From a virus, in IMG/VR virus record IMGVR_UViG_3300037155_000096: a stretch of DNA of 64,000 nt; one strand, given 5' to 3'. Shown here one piece after another: positions 53,017-62,584 of this stretch (the stretch's first letter is position 1; each line of letters begins with the position of its first letter). Below the pieces are notes generated by a model. That model was not told where the DNA came from. It saw only the letters and a list, made by a program, of their open reading frames with translations, and searched no databases. Position numbers and translations under genes: made by a program.

Positions 53017-54423
53017 TTATTTCCATCCTTTTGATTGATACAATTTCATTCTCTTTTTATACATTTTTACGCACAGACCTATGCTCTTATCGATGAAGTC
53101 AACCACTATCGGTTTCTTCTTCTCATCGCAGGCTCTTAAAATTCTTCCTATTGATTGCAGTACGCTACTCATGGGCGTTGCCAAGAATATCGTATCGAGG
53201 TCAGGGATATCTAAACCTTCGGACGCCATCGTATACGTCGAAAGTATAATGTCTTTTGTGGCTGAATTATCGAGGGCTGTCTGAGTCATTCCGCCGACAT
53301 ATTTGCCCATCGTAATTCTCAAATCCATTCCCCGAGACTTCAATATCGCAGTGATATAATCTTTCAAGATGTCAAGCTGTTCTAATCTGTGCGACATCGT
53401 GATGGACTTTCTGCCCGCCACCGCCGCGTCTACTATCTGATTCGCAATCACTTGATTTCTTCTCTGATGTTTCCCAAGCATCGTCATTAAACGTCCCATA
53501 GGGATTACGTCGGGATTGAAACCCTCTCTGAACTTCACTTCATCGAGGAAAACTCTTTTTATTATCGGCGCCAGATTCTCAACGTTATATTGAGCCAGCA
53601 TCGGACCGATATGGTACATGAATACATTCTTAGTGCCATCTTTTCTATCAGGAGTAGCCGTCAGGGCTAGTCTGTACTTTGCGCTGAACTTTGGACCTGC
53701 CAAAGAAAATGTTGCAGCGGACATACGATGGCTCTCGTCAGTTATGACAAGACCAAATTCATCGTAAATCGAAACAGGATAACTATCTTTCATGGCCAGC
53801 GAATGCACCATTCCTAATACAACATGCTTATCTTTCACATCGCAAATGCTCTGCTGAATCCTCCCAACCCTTGCGCCCGGAAGAAATGCTGGTATCCCTT
53901 TAGCAGGATTTCCGAGGATCTTCTCTGTCCACTGATCCATCAAAAATTCCTTATGTACTATTACCAGAGTCTTGAGCCCGAGCATACTTGCCAGATACAA
54001 CGCGAATATTGTTTTGCCCCCTCCGACCGCAAAGTTTACCAGTCCGCCGAGGTTCATCTCGTTTTTCATAGCCGAGAGGACATCGGGTGCAAACTGTGCC
54101 TGTACCGCTCGTAACGTACCAGCAAACGAAGGAAAATCAACTCTTGTGCCCTCTGAAACCCTATATTCAAATTCGATATCTGTTCTTCCAGAAAACACCT
54201 TCATTGCATAGTAGCGCGGTATAACCACGTTCCCGTACATGTCCTCGTGCCATAGCTCTACCTTGAAGTTTCCATATCCCATGTCGATGCTGACAACCGT
54301 AAGTAGCTTACGAAGTTTGTCCATATTGACAAGGTGCTTGGGAACTATTGCTTCCGCACCGATTATTATCTTTGTTTTCTCAGCAACCGGTATGTCGATT
54401 GCCAGCTGACTTTCAAACATCAT
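53017..54423 (-). CDS. SF2 DNA helicase (UvsW-like)
   Basis: AVGGGKT, DESH, LTATP, EGLDIP, QSIGRILR. Confidence 0.92.
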   Translation of the reverse strand: MMFESQLAIDIPVAEKTKIIIGAEAIVPKHLVNMDKLRKLLTVVSIDMGYGNFKVELWHEDMYGNVVIPRYYAMKVFSGRTDIEFEYRVSEGTRVDFPSFAGTLRAVQAQFAPDVLSAMKNEMNLGGLVNFAVGGGKTIFALYLASMLGLKTLVIVHKEFLMDQWTEKILGNPAKGIPAFLPGARVGRIQQSICDVKDKHVVLGMVHSLAMKDSYPVSIYDEFGLVITDESHRMSAATFSLAGPKFSAKYRLALTATPDRKDGTKNVFMYHIGPMLAQYNVENLAPIIKRVFLDEVKFREGFNPDVIPMGRLMTMLGKHQRRNQVIANQIVDAAVAGRKSITMSHRLEQLDILKDYITAILKSRGMDLRITMGKYVGGMTQTALDNSATKDIILSTYTMASEGLDIPDLDTIFLATPMSSVLQSIGRILRACDEKKKPIVVDFIDKSIGLCVKMYKKRMKLYQSKGWK

Positions 54424-54450
54424 CTTATCCGCAACACCATTAGTTTGTAG

Positions 54451-54476
54451 AATACAAAGACTCCCCTGCGGGAGCC
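54451..54476 (-). terminator. Putative intrinsic terminator after phage SSB
   Basis: GGCTCCC-GCAG-GGGAGTC hairpin followed by TTTGTATT. Confidence 0.6.
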
Positions 54477-54495
54477 TTCTTGAAAAGGACTCTAA

Positions 54496-55137
54496 CTAAA
54501 ACGGAACATTATCCGAGTCATCAGCTACTGCAGCTACGACAGGAACTTCCTTTCCCGCATTTGCATACGGATCGGGTTCAGCCATGCTCGCAATGGTTGC
54601 AAGGGCTTCATGTTCCAATGGCTTGCATTCTTTTTCGTAATCGAATACAGTAGCCTTCGGATTGTATTCCAGCGGATTGACCTTCTGTTCAAATTCAAAC
54701 ATGTCTCCTGACGTGCCTGCTTTATCGTCCGTGCGGACAACATTGAACAATCCGTGGAGGATTCTTCCTTTATCGTCATGACGTTTTAGAAGTTTCAGAG
54801 CCTTCTGTTTTATCGCCATGAGCTTAACCGGGTTTTTGACTTCCTTGCCGTCTTTGGCTATGTAAGAGGATACATCGATTATCGAGAACAGCCCGACGAA
54901 GTATCTTTTTACCTTTGCATCGCAAAGAGGACAGGGTTTGTTCAGGTTTTTCAGACAGGTGAAGTAATATCTCCATTCTCCGTTTAGGCGCACCTGATGC
55001 TCCCAAAACGTAAAAGGATCTTTGTCAAGAAAAACTATCTGTCTTTCTTCACCGACCTTCAACCAGAATCGGTTTTGTTTCGATACGTCCGGCAATTTGT
55101 CGACTGCATCGAAGCCTTGTTGATACCAACCGCTCAT
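54496..55137 (-). CDS. Phage ssDNA-binding protein (gp32-like, Zn-binding) with acidic VPF tail
   Basis: FWLK, HQV, C...CPLC, ends DDSDNVPF; strong SD; own terminator. Confidence 0.7.
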   Translation of the reverse strand: MSGWYQQGFDAVDKLPDVSKQNRFWLKVGEERQIVFLDKDPFTFWEHQVRLNGEWRYYFTCLKNLNKPCPLCDAKVKRYFVGLFSIIDVSSYIAKDGKEVKNPVKLMAIKQKALKLLKRHDDKGRILHGLFNVVRTDDKAGTSGDMFEFEQKVNPLEYNPKATVFDYEKECKPLEHEALATIASMAEPDPYANAGKEVPVVAAVADDSDNVPF

Positions 55138-55164
55138 AACGTTTTCTCCTTTATCAGTTTATGG

Positions 55165-55218
55165 TTGTTATAAAATGTATTGAGTTTAGAACATTCAAAT
55201 ACCGTGCTAAGATTTTTT
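55165..55218 (-). promoter_or_regulatory. Putative promoter: AAAAAATCTTAGCA ... TTTATAAC upstream of SSB
   Basis: 14-bp exact repeat with 63583-63596 and a shared TTTATAAC 29 nt before the ATG. Confidence 0.5.
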
Positions 55219-55305
55219 TAATCCGCCCGATAATTTCTTTGGACATAATTCTGCGATGCCACTTCTAATAGCTTGAATAGGGCTTAAAATGAGGATCGCA
55301 TAAAC

Positions 55306-55560
55306 CTAAGTTTTCTTTTCTGTCCCAATATCATCTGCCGGTGCTATGAACAAATCGAGTCCATAACTTTCGTATGCACCAGCTATCGTATACGTACTTA
55401 CATTCAAAATTTTGCTCATCTCTTTGAAATTCAAAGAGACGTTCTGATCAAAAAAATCTTCCAGATTCTTGTACCCGTTTTCTTTTGCTCTGTCATCAAG
55501 CTCTACAAACTTCTTCATTACAGATCCACGAAATCCTGGACAGCTTTCGGTTCCAGCCAT
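55306..55560 (-). CDS. Small HTH-like protein
   Basis: NFKEMSKILNVSTYTI; likely start at internal MKKF. Confidence 0.45.
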   Translation of the reverse strand: MAGTESCPGFRGSVMKKFVELDDRAKENGYKNLEDFFDQNVSLNFKEMSKILNVSTYTIAGAYESYGLDLFIAPADDIGTEKKT

Positions 55561-56240
55561 TCCATCATATCCGCAAAAAGCAATAGCGCATATCCGCTTA
55601 ATAATCTTGTCGAGCCTTCTTCAAAATTGTTCATGCTGAACTGTATCAGTTTCTTATCTATCGGGAACGAACCACAACTCTTTTCCAGCCTAATAAAGTC
55701 ACTTGTTCTTATCATAACGTAATTCGAATCATGGTTTCTCGTGAATATCACCATAGGTATCACCTTATTGAACAATACCTTCGTGGCCGATTCGAACAAA
55801 CTTGCTGACTCTCTTCCCAGCTTGAAATAAGACTCCATCAACTCTTCCCAATATGCTGCGAGCCTATGCTTATCAGTCAATAATACCTTCTCCACGCCCT
55901 TCCATGCCTCTTCATTCTTGCATGAAATCAGAAATGGGCATTTCTGCGGAGGCACTATGTCCTGGGGAAATTTCCATGCACCGCTTCTCGGAGTCTTTGT
56001 GAACATTTCTTTCGATTCACCTTTGGACCACCAGATCGAGAGCGCTACTGCGACCTTTCTCTCAAATGTGCCACCTTTATTTTTCGACTTCCTTCCCACC
56101 GAGGGACGGTCAGCATGGATTGCTCTTTCATCGATGAACAGCCTTTCGTTAATTACATTCAGTCCAATCTTCTTCAGAATCCCTACTTCTATCGCTGTCA
56201 AGGGAGTGCCTAACTCCACATATTTTAGCGCCATTGTCAT
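55518..56240 (-). CDS. Holliday junction resolvase-like (Hjc-type) nuclease
   Basis: SKNKGGTFERKVA, TPRSGA, DI, ISCKN (Ser at the usual catalytic Glu). Confidence 0.65.
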   Translation of the reverse strand: MTMALKYVELGTPLTAIEVGILKKIGLNVINERLFIDERAIHADRPSVGRKSKNKGGTFERKVAVALSIWWSKGESKEMFTKTPRSGAWKFPQDIVPPQKCPFLISCKNEEAWKGVEKVLLTDKHRLAAYWEELMESYFKLGRESASLFESATKVLFNKVIPMVIFTRNHDSNYVMIRTSDFIRLEKSCGSFPIDKKLIQFSMNNFEEGSTRLLSGYALLLFADMMEWLEPKAVQDFVDL

Positions 56241-56255
56241 ACCTTCTATTTATTC

Positions 56256-56843
56256 TCATGCGAACATCTTCCTAATAGACTCCATATCTTCATCCTTCAT
56301 TTCCATTCTTCCTGTGAACATTACATCCGGATTTGCCGAAAACTTATTCATCATGTTTGCTTTCAGCGCTTCCAGATCAGCGTACCGTCTATCTATTAAA
56401 ACTTCTCTAACATTTTCTATGTAAACTTCACTGTACCAACGTCTCCCATCTGTCCCGGCATAAGCCGGTATCGGGAGAATTTCCATCGAGTGCCATCCGC
56501 CTATCGTAGCTCCGGATATTCCGAGCGCCTTTGCGCATCCACCCAAGCTGTAAAATCTGATCCGTTTGTCGCCCATGAAAACCAAGCGCATATAATTCCG
56601 ACTATACGGGATCTCGTCCAGAGTCAGCATCTTGGCAGCTGGATCTTTTTTGATTTTCTCCAGCCATCGAGCCTGAGATCTCTCTAATACCGACTTTTTA
56701 TAATCGGGATCATTCTCATACCTTAATTTCTTAGCTTTATTCAGAGCTTCCTTGTTTGCTTTATAATATCGCTGATTAGCAGTTTCCTTTTTGGGTTCTG
56801 CCACGACTTCCACAACCTCGGTCCTAACTTTTAACGTTATCAT
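56256..56843 (-). CDS. HTH (MerR-like) DNA-binding protein
   Basis: YSLGGCAKALGISGATIGGW...LP.P...RRWYS. Confidence 0.65.
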   Translation of the reverse strand: MITLKVRTEVVEVVAEPKKETANQRYYKANKEALNKAKKLRYENDPDYKKSVLERSQARWLEKIKKDPAAKMLTLDEIPYSRNYMRLVFMGDKRIRFYSLGGCAKALGISGATIGGWHSMEILPIPAYAGTDGRRWYSEVYIENVREVLIDRRYADLEALKANMMNKFSANPDVMFTGRMEMKDEDMESIRKMFA

Positions 56844-57868
56844 TTATATTCATTTGTCATTATCAGATCTTTAATCTGCCGTGTATTCAAATCGCCTGGA
56901 TCTTCTTTATCTTTAAGCTTCCGGTTAATCAGCGGAGCCTTGTCCTTCAGCTTATCCATGATACTATCGGTTACTTTCCTTCCAGCCTTATCGCCATCCA
57001 TCATTACAATTATTCTTTTGTCCGGAGGCAGTAATTCAATCGTTTTTCTTGCCTGCACATCAGATATTTCGGATCCTCTTATAGCCAGCACATTGCAACC
57101 AGCCTGATAGACCTTCAATGCATCGAACTGTCCTTCAACAAGAACTATATCTCCTCTTTCCAGAGTTATCAGGTTCTCTCCATAAAGGAAATTCATCTTC
57201 ATGAATCCCGTATTAAACAAATACTTCGGATAGTCTCCAGTCGGCTCACCTATGGATCTCTGTGCGTAACCCACCAGACGATTCCTTCTATCTATCTCGG
57301 GCATCATCACCCGCTGAAAAATCTTGTTGTATCCTAAACGCCACGCCTTTGCCGTTTCTATCGTGATACCCCGATTCAGCACATACTGAGGTACACTATT
57401 CATGTACTTCTCGATTACCTTCCATTCTAAGGCAATAACCTTGTCCTCATCAAATTCTATTACAGCAGGAACAACGGTTTTTTTCCTTTCCTTCTCGGTA
57501 TCACCGAACAACCATTTTGCTCTGTCCCAATTCAATCTTCTTCCGAATGAACCATTCTTCGGTGCCCAATCATCATCGTAATTTTCATTCTTCTTTAGAA
57601 AATCTATGACATTCTCTCCGTAGCAATGACTTGCATATTCTTTAGCAAGCTGCATAAGGGTTCCTGAAGCTGAGCATGCGAAACAATGACCTACGGATTT
57701 TCCGGTATTATCCACCTTGACCGAGAACGACGGTTTCTTGTCCGTGCCTTTATCATGTGTCCATGGAGCCATCGGACATGTTGCGATAACATGGGAATGC
57801 GAAGCATTCGGTCGGAACCTGTTCACACCCATCATCTGCAGCATGCTTATTATATTGTTCTCTGTCAT
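56840..57868 (-). CDS. dnaG: DNA primase (Zn-finger + TOPRIM)
   Basis: CP..H...D.KPSF...CFAC, PKYL, LVEGQFDA, MDGDKAG, DPGD. Confidence 0.9.
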   Translation of the reverse strand: MTENNIISMLQMMGVNRFRPNASHSHVIATCPMAPWTHDKGTDKKPSFSVKVDNTGKSVGHCFACSASGTLMQLAKEYASHCYGENVIDFLKKNENYDDDWAPKNGSFGRRLNWDRAKWLFGDTEKERKKTVVPAVIEFDEDKVIALEWKVIEKYMNSVPQYVLNRGITIETAKAWRLGYNKIFQRVMMPEIDRRNRLVGYAQRSIGEPTGDYPKYLFNTGFMKMNFLYGENLITLERGDIVLVEGQFDALKVYQAGCNVLAIRGSEISDVQARKTIELLPPDKRIIVMMDGDKAGRKVTDSIMDKLKDKAPLINRKLKDKEDPGDLNTRQIKDLIMTNEYK

Positions 57869-57877
57869 TATCTCGTC

Positions 57878-58069
57878 TTATTTTTTATCAATGGGGATCA
57901 GATCTCCCACGCGTACCACTCTAAAATCATTTTTCTTTTTCTTCTTGACATTCACAGCCGGACTTCCAAACAAGAACGTAAATCCCTTCACTATGAAAGT
58001 TCCATCATGATTTTTCACATGATAACTACCACCAACCGTGACCTCAACCTGTTTTTCCATATTATTCAC
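57878..58069 (-). CDS. Small hypothetical protein
   Basis: 63 aa between helicase and primase. Confidence 0.45.
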   Translation of the reverse strand: MNNMEKQVEVTVGGSYHVKNHDGTFIVKGFTFLFGSPAVNVKKKKKNDFRVVRVGDLIPIDKK

Positions 58070-58074
58070 CTTAG

Positions 58075-59448
58075 TTAAAACGGAACCGTGTCATCATCTT
58101 CAACCTTGACCGATGGTGCATACGAGTACGAACTGGTACCCGAGCCAGCGCCCGAACTACCGCCTGAACCTAATGCCGAATATGAGGGCACTGTTAACGA
58201 AGATATTTTCCCTGGCGTTGACAGCACTCCAATTTCGCTGAAATCCATTGTGTCAAAGTTCCATCGTATGAGAACATCGCTTCCAAACGCCGATTCTCTT
58301 GTCTTGATCGGGCGTATGATCATTTTCTTATCAATCTTCATGTCATCGTCCTGAAGCAATGCAAATCCCCAATCGATATTCCAACCTATCTGGTCTGAAA
58401 GAGCTATGCCCTCCAGACCTGCTTCGCCTCCGACCTTCTTTCCGCTTACGGAACGATTGAACTGAGCCGTGGTCACGAACGGTAACTGTGAATCGATGGC
58501 GAGCTTCTTCAGATCATCTGCTACCGCAGCCATTCTTTCAAATCTGTCTCTGGGCTTGAAAGACATCGGATTCAATAGATAAATAGCATCCACGAATACG
58601 ATATCGGGTTTGACTTCGTGTACCGCGGCTCTTATGCCGCCTACATCGGATTTCATACCCTTTCCCATAATCATAAAACTTTCAGCAGAGCTGGCTTTAA
58701 TATCTTCCATGTCCTGCCAGAACTTCTTTTCGATAAAACTATTGAGCCGTCCCTTTCTTAAATCATCATAGGGAACTTGTAAGTGGACGGCCGCAAATCT
58801 CATCAGCAATCGTGTCTGGGTTATTTCAGGCGTGATGAACAAAACCTTTTTGCCCAGATTAAATGCATGATCTGCCTGAGTCAGAAGGTTGAAGGTTTTT
58901 CCTACACCGCTGCGTGCCGCGAATAAAACAAAATCTCCTGGACCGTAACCTATGACTGCATTGTTAATGGACGGCCACGGAGTTGGAATTCCCGCTCCTG
59001 TTCCCGACTTGATGCCTTCATATACTTTTTCAAGATCATCCAGATACTCAAATATGCTGACGACTCTATCATCAACAATAAAACTTTTTCTCAGGTTGAA
59101 CGAGTAGTCTTCCATCTTCTTCAGGACTGCTTCTGCGTCTCCCGTCTTGAGCATGGTCGTCATAGCTGCCAGTTCATTACCTGTTCGCTTAATGGCTCTG
59201 CGTGTTCTTAGGATCTCCGCATAGAAATCTCCTGGCTCCGTAGCCGGTTCATCATATTTATGAGCCGTAAAGGCTTCGAGTACCGACAAATCAGGTATGA
59301 CCGAATACTTCTCCACATGTTCACATAGGTAGTCGAACGCCACTTTCTCTTCTTCAAAGTCGCTTGACTTCACCTTCGTGAACATCCTGTAGAATTCGCT
59401 TACGTCATTGTCCGCCAAATAGCGGATTGTCAGTTTCTCAAAATTCAT
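58075..59448 (-). CDS. dnaB: Replicative helicase (DnaB family) with SSB-like acidic tail
   Basis: ARSGVGKT, FITPE, VFVDAIYL, QFNR, KTRE; ends GS-linker-EDDDTVPF. Confidence 0.9.
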   Translation of the reverse strand: MNFEKLTIRYLADNDVSEFYRMFTKVKSSDFEEEKVAFDYLCEHVEKYSVIPDLSVLEAFTAHKYDEPATEPGDFYAEILRTRRAIKRTGNELAAMTTMLKTGDAEAVLKKMEDYSFNLRKSFIVDDRVVSIFEYLDDLEKVYEGIKSGTGAGIPTPWPSINNAVIGYGPGDFVLFAARSGVGKTFNLLTQADHAFNLGKKVLFITPEITQTRLLMRFAAVHLQVPYDDLRKGRLNSFIEKKFWQDMEDIKASSAESFMIMGKGMKSDVGGIRAAVHEVKPDIVFVDAIYLLNPMSFKPRDRFERMAAVADDLKKLAIDSQLPFVTTAQFNRSVSGKKVGGEAGLEGIALSDQIGWNIDWGFALLQDDDMKIDKKMIIRPIKTRESAFGSDVLIRWNFDTMDFSEIGVLSTPGKISSLTVPSYSALGSGGSSGAGSGTSSYSYAPSVKVEDDDTVPF

Positions 59449-60068
59449 ATAGACATATTCTTTTCGTATTCGTTCAATTCTTTATCGCGATAGTTCTCGC
59501 CGTTAATGAAAATGGGCAGGATATTGCCCTGCACCAATGGAGATAACTCTCCATAAAATCTTTCAAAGTATTCAGGGAAGCTGTACTTCTTCTTTCCCTT
59601 CGTAGTTACGACGGGTAAATCTTTTGTCTTAATTCTCATGGAAATGATCGTGGAGAGCATATTGTCGCTTCTATATTTCAGGATAGCATACACTACGTTT
59701 TTATCCGTAGCATGGTTCAGGTCATCGATGATTAAAAGGTCTACCGCCAGCGCCCTGTCCATTATGGAGTTATCGTCAAAGGCTTTCCGGATACCCTGCC
59801 CGCTTATATCAGAAGCCGACAGATAATAAATCTGAAATTCCTTTTCTCTCAAAATTTTTGCTATTACCGCGGATATATAGGTCTTGCCCCTTCCTTCTTC
59901 CCCGTATAACAATAAGCCCTTGCCAGCCTTGGATGCGAAAGCCTCACTGACATATTTTTTTACCATTTCCTGCAATGAAACATTCAAGTTGTTCCATGTG
60001 GCTGTCCAGAACCGTCTGGGCAGATTCATTCGCTGATATTCAATATCCGTCATAAACCCTTTATTCAA
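59445..60068 (-). CDS. DnaC/IstB-like helicase loader ATPase
   Basis: LLLYGEEGRGKT Walker A; LLIIDDL Walker B; G.NYR; likely start ATG 60053. Confidence 0.8.
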   Translation of the reverse strand: MNKGFMTDIEYQRMNLPRRFWTATWNNLNVSLQEMVKKYVSEAFASKAGKGLLLYGEEGRGKTYISAVIAKILREKEFQIYYLSASDISGQGIRKAFDDNSIMDRALAVDLLIIDDLNHATDKNVVYAILKYRSDNMLSTIISMRIKTKDLPVVTTKGKKKYSFPEYFERFYGELSPLVQGNILPIFINGENYRDKELNEYEKNMSI

Positions 60069-60145
60069 TTATTCCGCGTTATAAACCAAACTAACCGCCA
60101 GAAACCTTTTCGTCAAAGTTTCTCTTCGCTTCTGTCCCTTAAATT

Positions 60146-60421
60146 CTAAGATGCTTCTTCATCCTCTGGATCAATATCCACTCCCTCATACTCAGGCTCC
60201 ATCTTCGACTTGAAATGGAAATCTTTGAACGCCTCATTTTGCTCCGATGAAATAGGTATGAATTGGGGGAGGTTGGGACTGGGATAATCTTTTAGGTGCT
60301 TCTTAAAGCCGCCATAGACTGCCATGATTCCCATAAAGAGGATAGATAATGGTGATATCACCGTGTAAATCACTAAAGTTCCCCACCAACGTATCTTTTC
60401 ATAATTCATTTCAAATCTCAT
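60146..60421 (-). CDS. Small membrane protein
   Basis: Hydrophobic WWGTLVIYTVISPLSILFMGIMAVYG segment. Confidence 0.5.
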   Translation of the reverse strand: MRFEMNYEKIRWWGTLVIYTVISPLSILFMGIMAVYGGFKKHLKDYPSPNLPQFIPISSEQNEAFKDFHFKSKMEPEYEGVDIDPEDEEAS

Positions 60422-60482
60422 TCATTATAATCGTTAATCAAGACAATGCCGGCATTACACCGGCATCATCACCAAGGATCTT

Positions 60483-61364
60483 CTAAAGTTCTTTCTCGAA
60501 GATTGCAAGCACTACTTTCGGACCTTTATCCTGACCGAGTAAATAGAAGCTGCTCTGTTCTATGAGTTCAGCTACCGGGAGTTCCATGTTGTCAAATGAA
60601 GCCACGGTCTTTACCTTGTCTTTCATTTTATTCAGAACCGTAGCATCGAAAACTTTAACCATGACCTTATCAGTTCCAAAGTTCTTGGTCTCATCGTCGT
60701 TCTTGTATCCTCGCAATTTCAATACAAGTTTGCCAGAGGCATCTTTCTTGTAATTACTGGGCAAGAATGCTTTCGGAAGAACTGAGTTCGTGATTGCTCC
60801 GGTTTTGTCATTGTAGACGACATCTTTATCCAGAGCATGTATTTTTACAGCTTCCGCCAATTTGGTAGAATCGATTTTCTCACAGCCCCATGTTTCATCA
60901 AACGAGAAGTTAATCAACGTTTTGACAATGGTATCAGGTGCTGCGTATCCAAATTTCTCCCCGTAAGAGGCTTCAGCAGTAACTTCCTTCTCACCGGCAA
61001 CTACCTCTTTGAGCGGAGTAGTCGGGTTCGGTATTTCTACCGCAGCAGTCCCAAGCGCAATTACAGGTGAAGCGCATGAAGCTCTGTAGTCTATAATCAG
61101 ATCTCCAATCGATTTTCTACCGATGGACTCCGCATATACTATTGACCTCACGGCTAGTTCAACTGCCACGTTGATAACCATTCCGCTAAATCCCGCAGTA
61201 CCTCCGGCATCACTACCCTGCACAATCAATTTCTTGCTGACATTCAACGCCTGCTCTACCTGCAATAATCCCCGATAGGGATTCGAAACATCTTCCTGCG
61301 AAAATAATCCGCATTCGAATGCTGTTTCCATAAGTTTTTTCATTTCCATATTTTCCTTTTGCAT
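60483..61364 (-). CDS. Hypothetical protein
   Basis: 293-aa ORF; no motif recognised. Confidence 0.55.
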   Translation of the reverse strand: MQKENMEMKKLMETAFECGLFSQEDVSNPYRGLLQVEQALNVSKKLIVQGSDAGGTAGFSGMVINVAVELAVRSIVYAESIGRKSIGDLIIDYRASCASPVIALGTAAVEIPNPTTPLKEVVAGEKEVTAEASYGEKFGYAAPDTIVKTLINFSFDETWGCEKIDSTKLAEAVKIHALDKDVVYNDKTGAITNSVLPKAFLPSNYKKDASGKLVLKLRGYKNDDETKNFGTDKVMVKVFDATVLNKMKDKVKTVASFDNMELPVAELIEQSSFYLLGQDKGPKVVLAIFEKEL

Positions 61365-61406
61365 ATTGTTCGTTATGCTTTGTTATTCCAATTTCAGTGC
61401 CACAGA

Positions 61407-61889
61407 TTATCCGCCGGAAACCCACGATATGAGTTCTACTCCGGGAACTTGTTCTTTTAATTCTCTTCCATTTTCAGTCCAGCCGTATGCATCATCAGCG
61501 CACCAGATATAATCGTCTTTTTCGATTTCTTCATATATCTCGATTTCATCCGAAGGGAGATACTGCATACCTAACATTACGCCGGTGATTGCCGCGAAGT
61601 CCTCGCTGAGCCTATTAAATAGCCCATATAGCTTCTCATCCAATGTTTCCACGGTTTCTCCCGCATCCTCCAATACCTTGAGCTTAGTGGCATCAAAATA
61701 CACCGCATCATCCAGTGTCGATTCCTGGCTGATCATTTTCGCCAATCTATCTTTCTCGATACCGAATTTCAGAAGCAGATCTTCCAACGCCTTGAGCGAT
61801 TCAGGACATAATTTTCTGATACCCTCTTCCGGGACTCTTACCGACCAGTTACTACTATTTTGCCAGCTCATCGAACGCCTCCTACGCAA
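61407..61889 (-). CDS. Hypothetical protein
   Basis: 160-aa acidic ORF. Confidence 0.5.
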   Translation of the reverse strand: MRRRRSMSWQNSSNWSVRVPEEGIRKLCPESLKALEDLLLKFGIEKDRLAKMISQESTLDDAVYFDATKLKVLEDAGETVETLDEKLYGLFNRLSEDFAAITGVMLGMQYLPSDEIEIYEEIEKDDYIWCADDAYGWTENGRELKEQVPGVELISWVSGG

Positions 61890-62167
61890 CTGGTTGCGCC
61901 GACCTCATTTTCCTTTTTGTCAGACTCTTCGACTTCATTTTCTTTCTCAATTTCCAGAGCCTCAATTTCTTCGGTGAAATGCAGATCTCCCCTTGCCTCC
62001 ATTGAACTAAAATCAATGTCCTCGTGATGGCAGAAGTGCATTAGGTCCGCAATAAGATCAGACAATGCCGTATCCTTATCTTCATTCTCTCCGGGATATT
62101 CGACTGACAATATCCTCGACACCCGTTCGATAGCCCTTTCGTGAATCCCTTTGTACGTGTTATCCAT
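61868..62167 (-). CDS. Hypothetical protein
   Basis: DLIADLMHFC motif; SD AAGGA. Confidence 0.5.
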   Translation of the reverse strand: MDNTYKGIHERAIERVSRILSVEYPGENEDKDTALSDLIADLMHFCHHEDIDFSSMEARGDLHFTEEIEALEIEKENEVEESDKKENEVGATSCVGGVR

Positions 62168-62176
62168 ATAAATCCT

Positions 62177-62584
62177 TTATTGTTTTACTAAATCAGACAT
62201 TTTCATTTTACCATCCTGCATCGCCTGCAATTTCAACATGAGTCTGTCCAGACTCTCTTCCGTATAAGTATAACCAAAGTGGTCAAACGATTTCTTAATT
62301 TCTTCTTTCGTGGGAACATGGAAATCAACATGTGCTTGTGCCTCCAGATCAGCGATACAAACAAAACACATGGTAAGGACTTCCTTCGTTTTACGCATGG
62401 CTTTAACCTCCGCGAGTTGCTCAACATCGATTAGGACATCTTCTTCGCAGACATAACATTTCACTTTAGCTATTTTGGTCGGATCAGTTCTCCCCTGCAA
62501 GAATGCATCACTTTCTACACTCGTCCTCACACATCCGTAAATATCCTTGTCTTCAAAAAACTGCCTGTCAAATGTTTTCTTCAC
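62177..62584 (-). CDS. Hypothetical protein with two CxxC motifs
   Basis: CYVC and CFVC. Confidence 0.5.
   Translation of the reverse strand: MKKTFDRQFFEDKDIYGCVRTSVESDAFLQGRTDPTKIAKVKCYVCEEDVLIDVEQLAEVKAMRKTKEVLTMCFVCIADLEAQAHVDFHVPTKEEIKKSFDHFGYTYTEESLDRLMLKLQAMQDGKMKMSDLVKQ

Noticed and set aside
60446-60466. ATGCCGG-N7-CCGGCAT hairpin as a terminator
   Set aside because: Only a weak downstream T-run (TGTCTTG); function cannot be supported.
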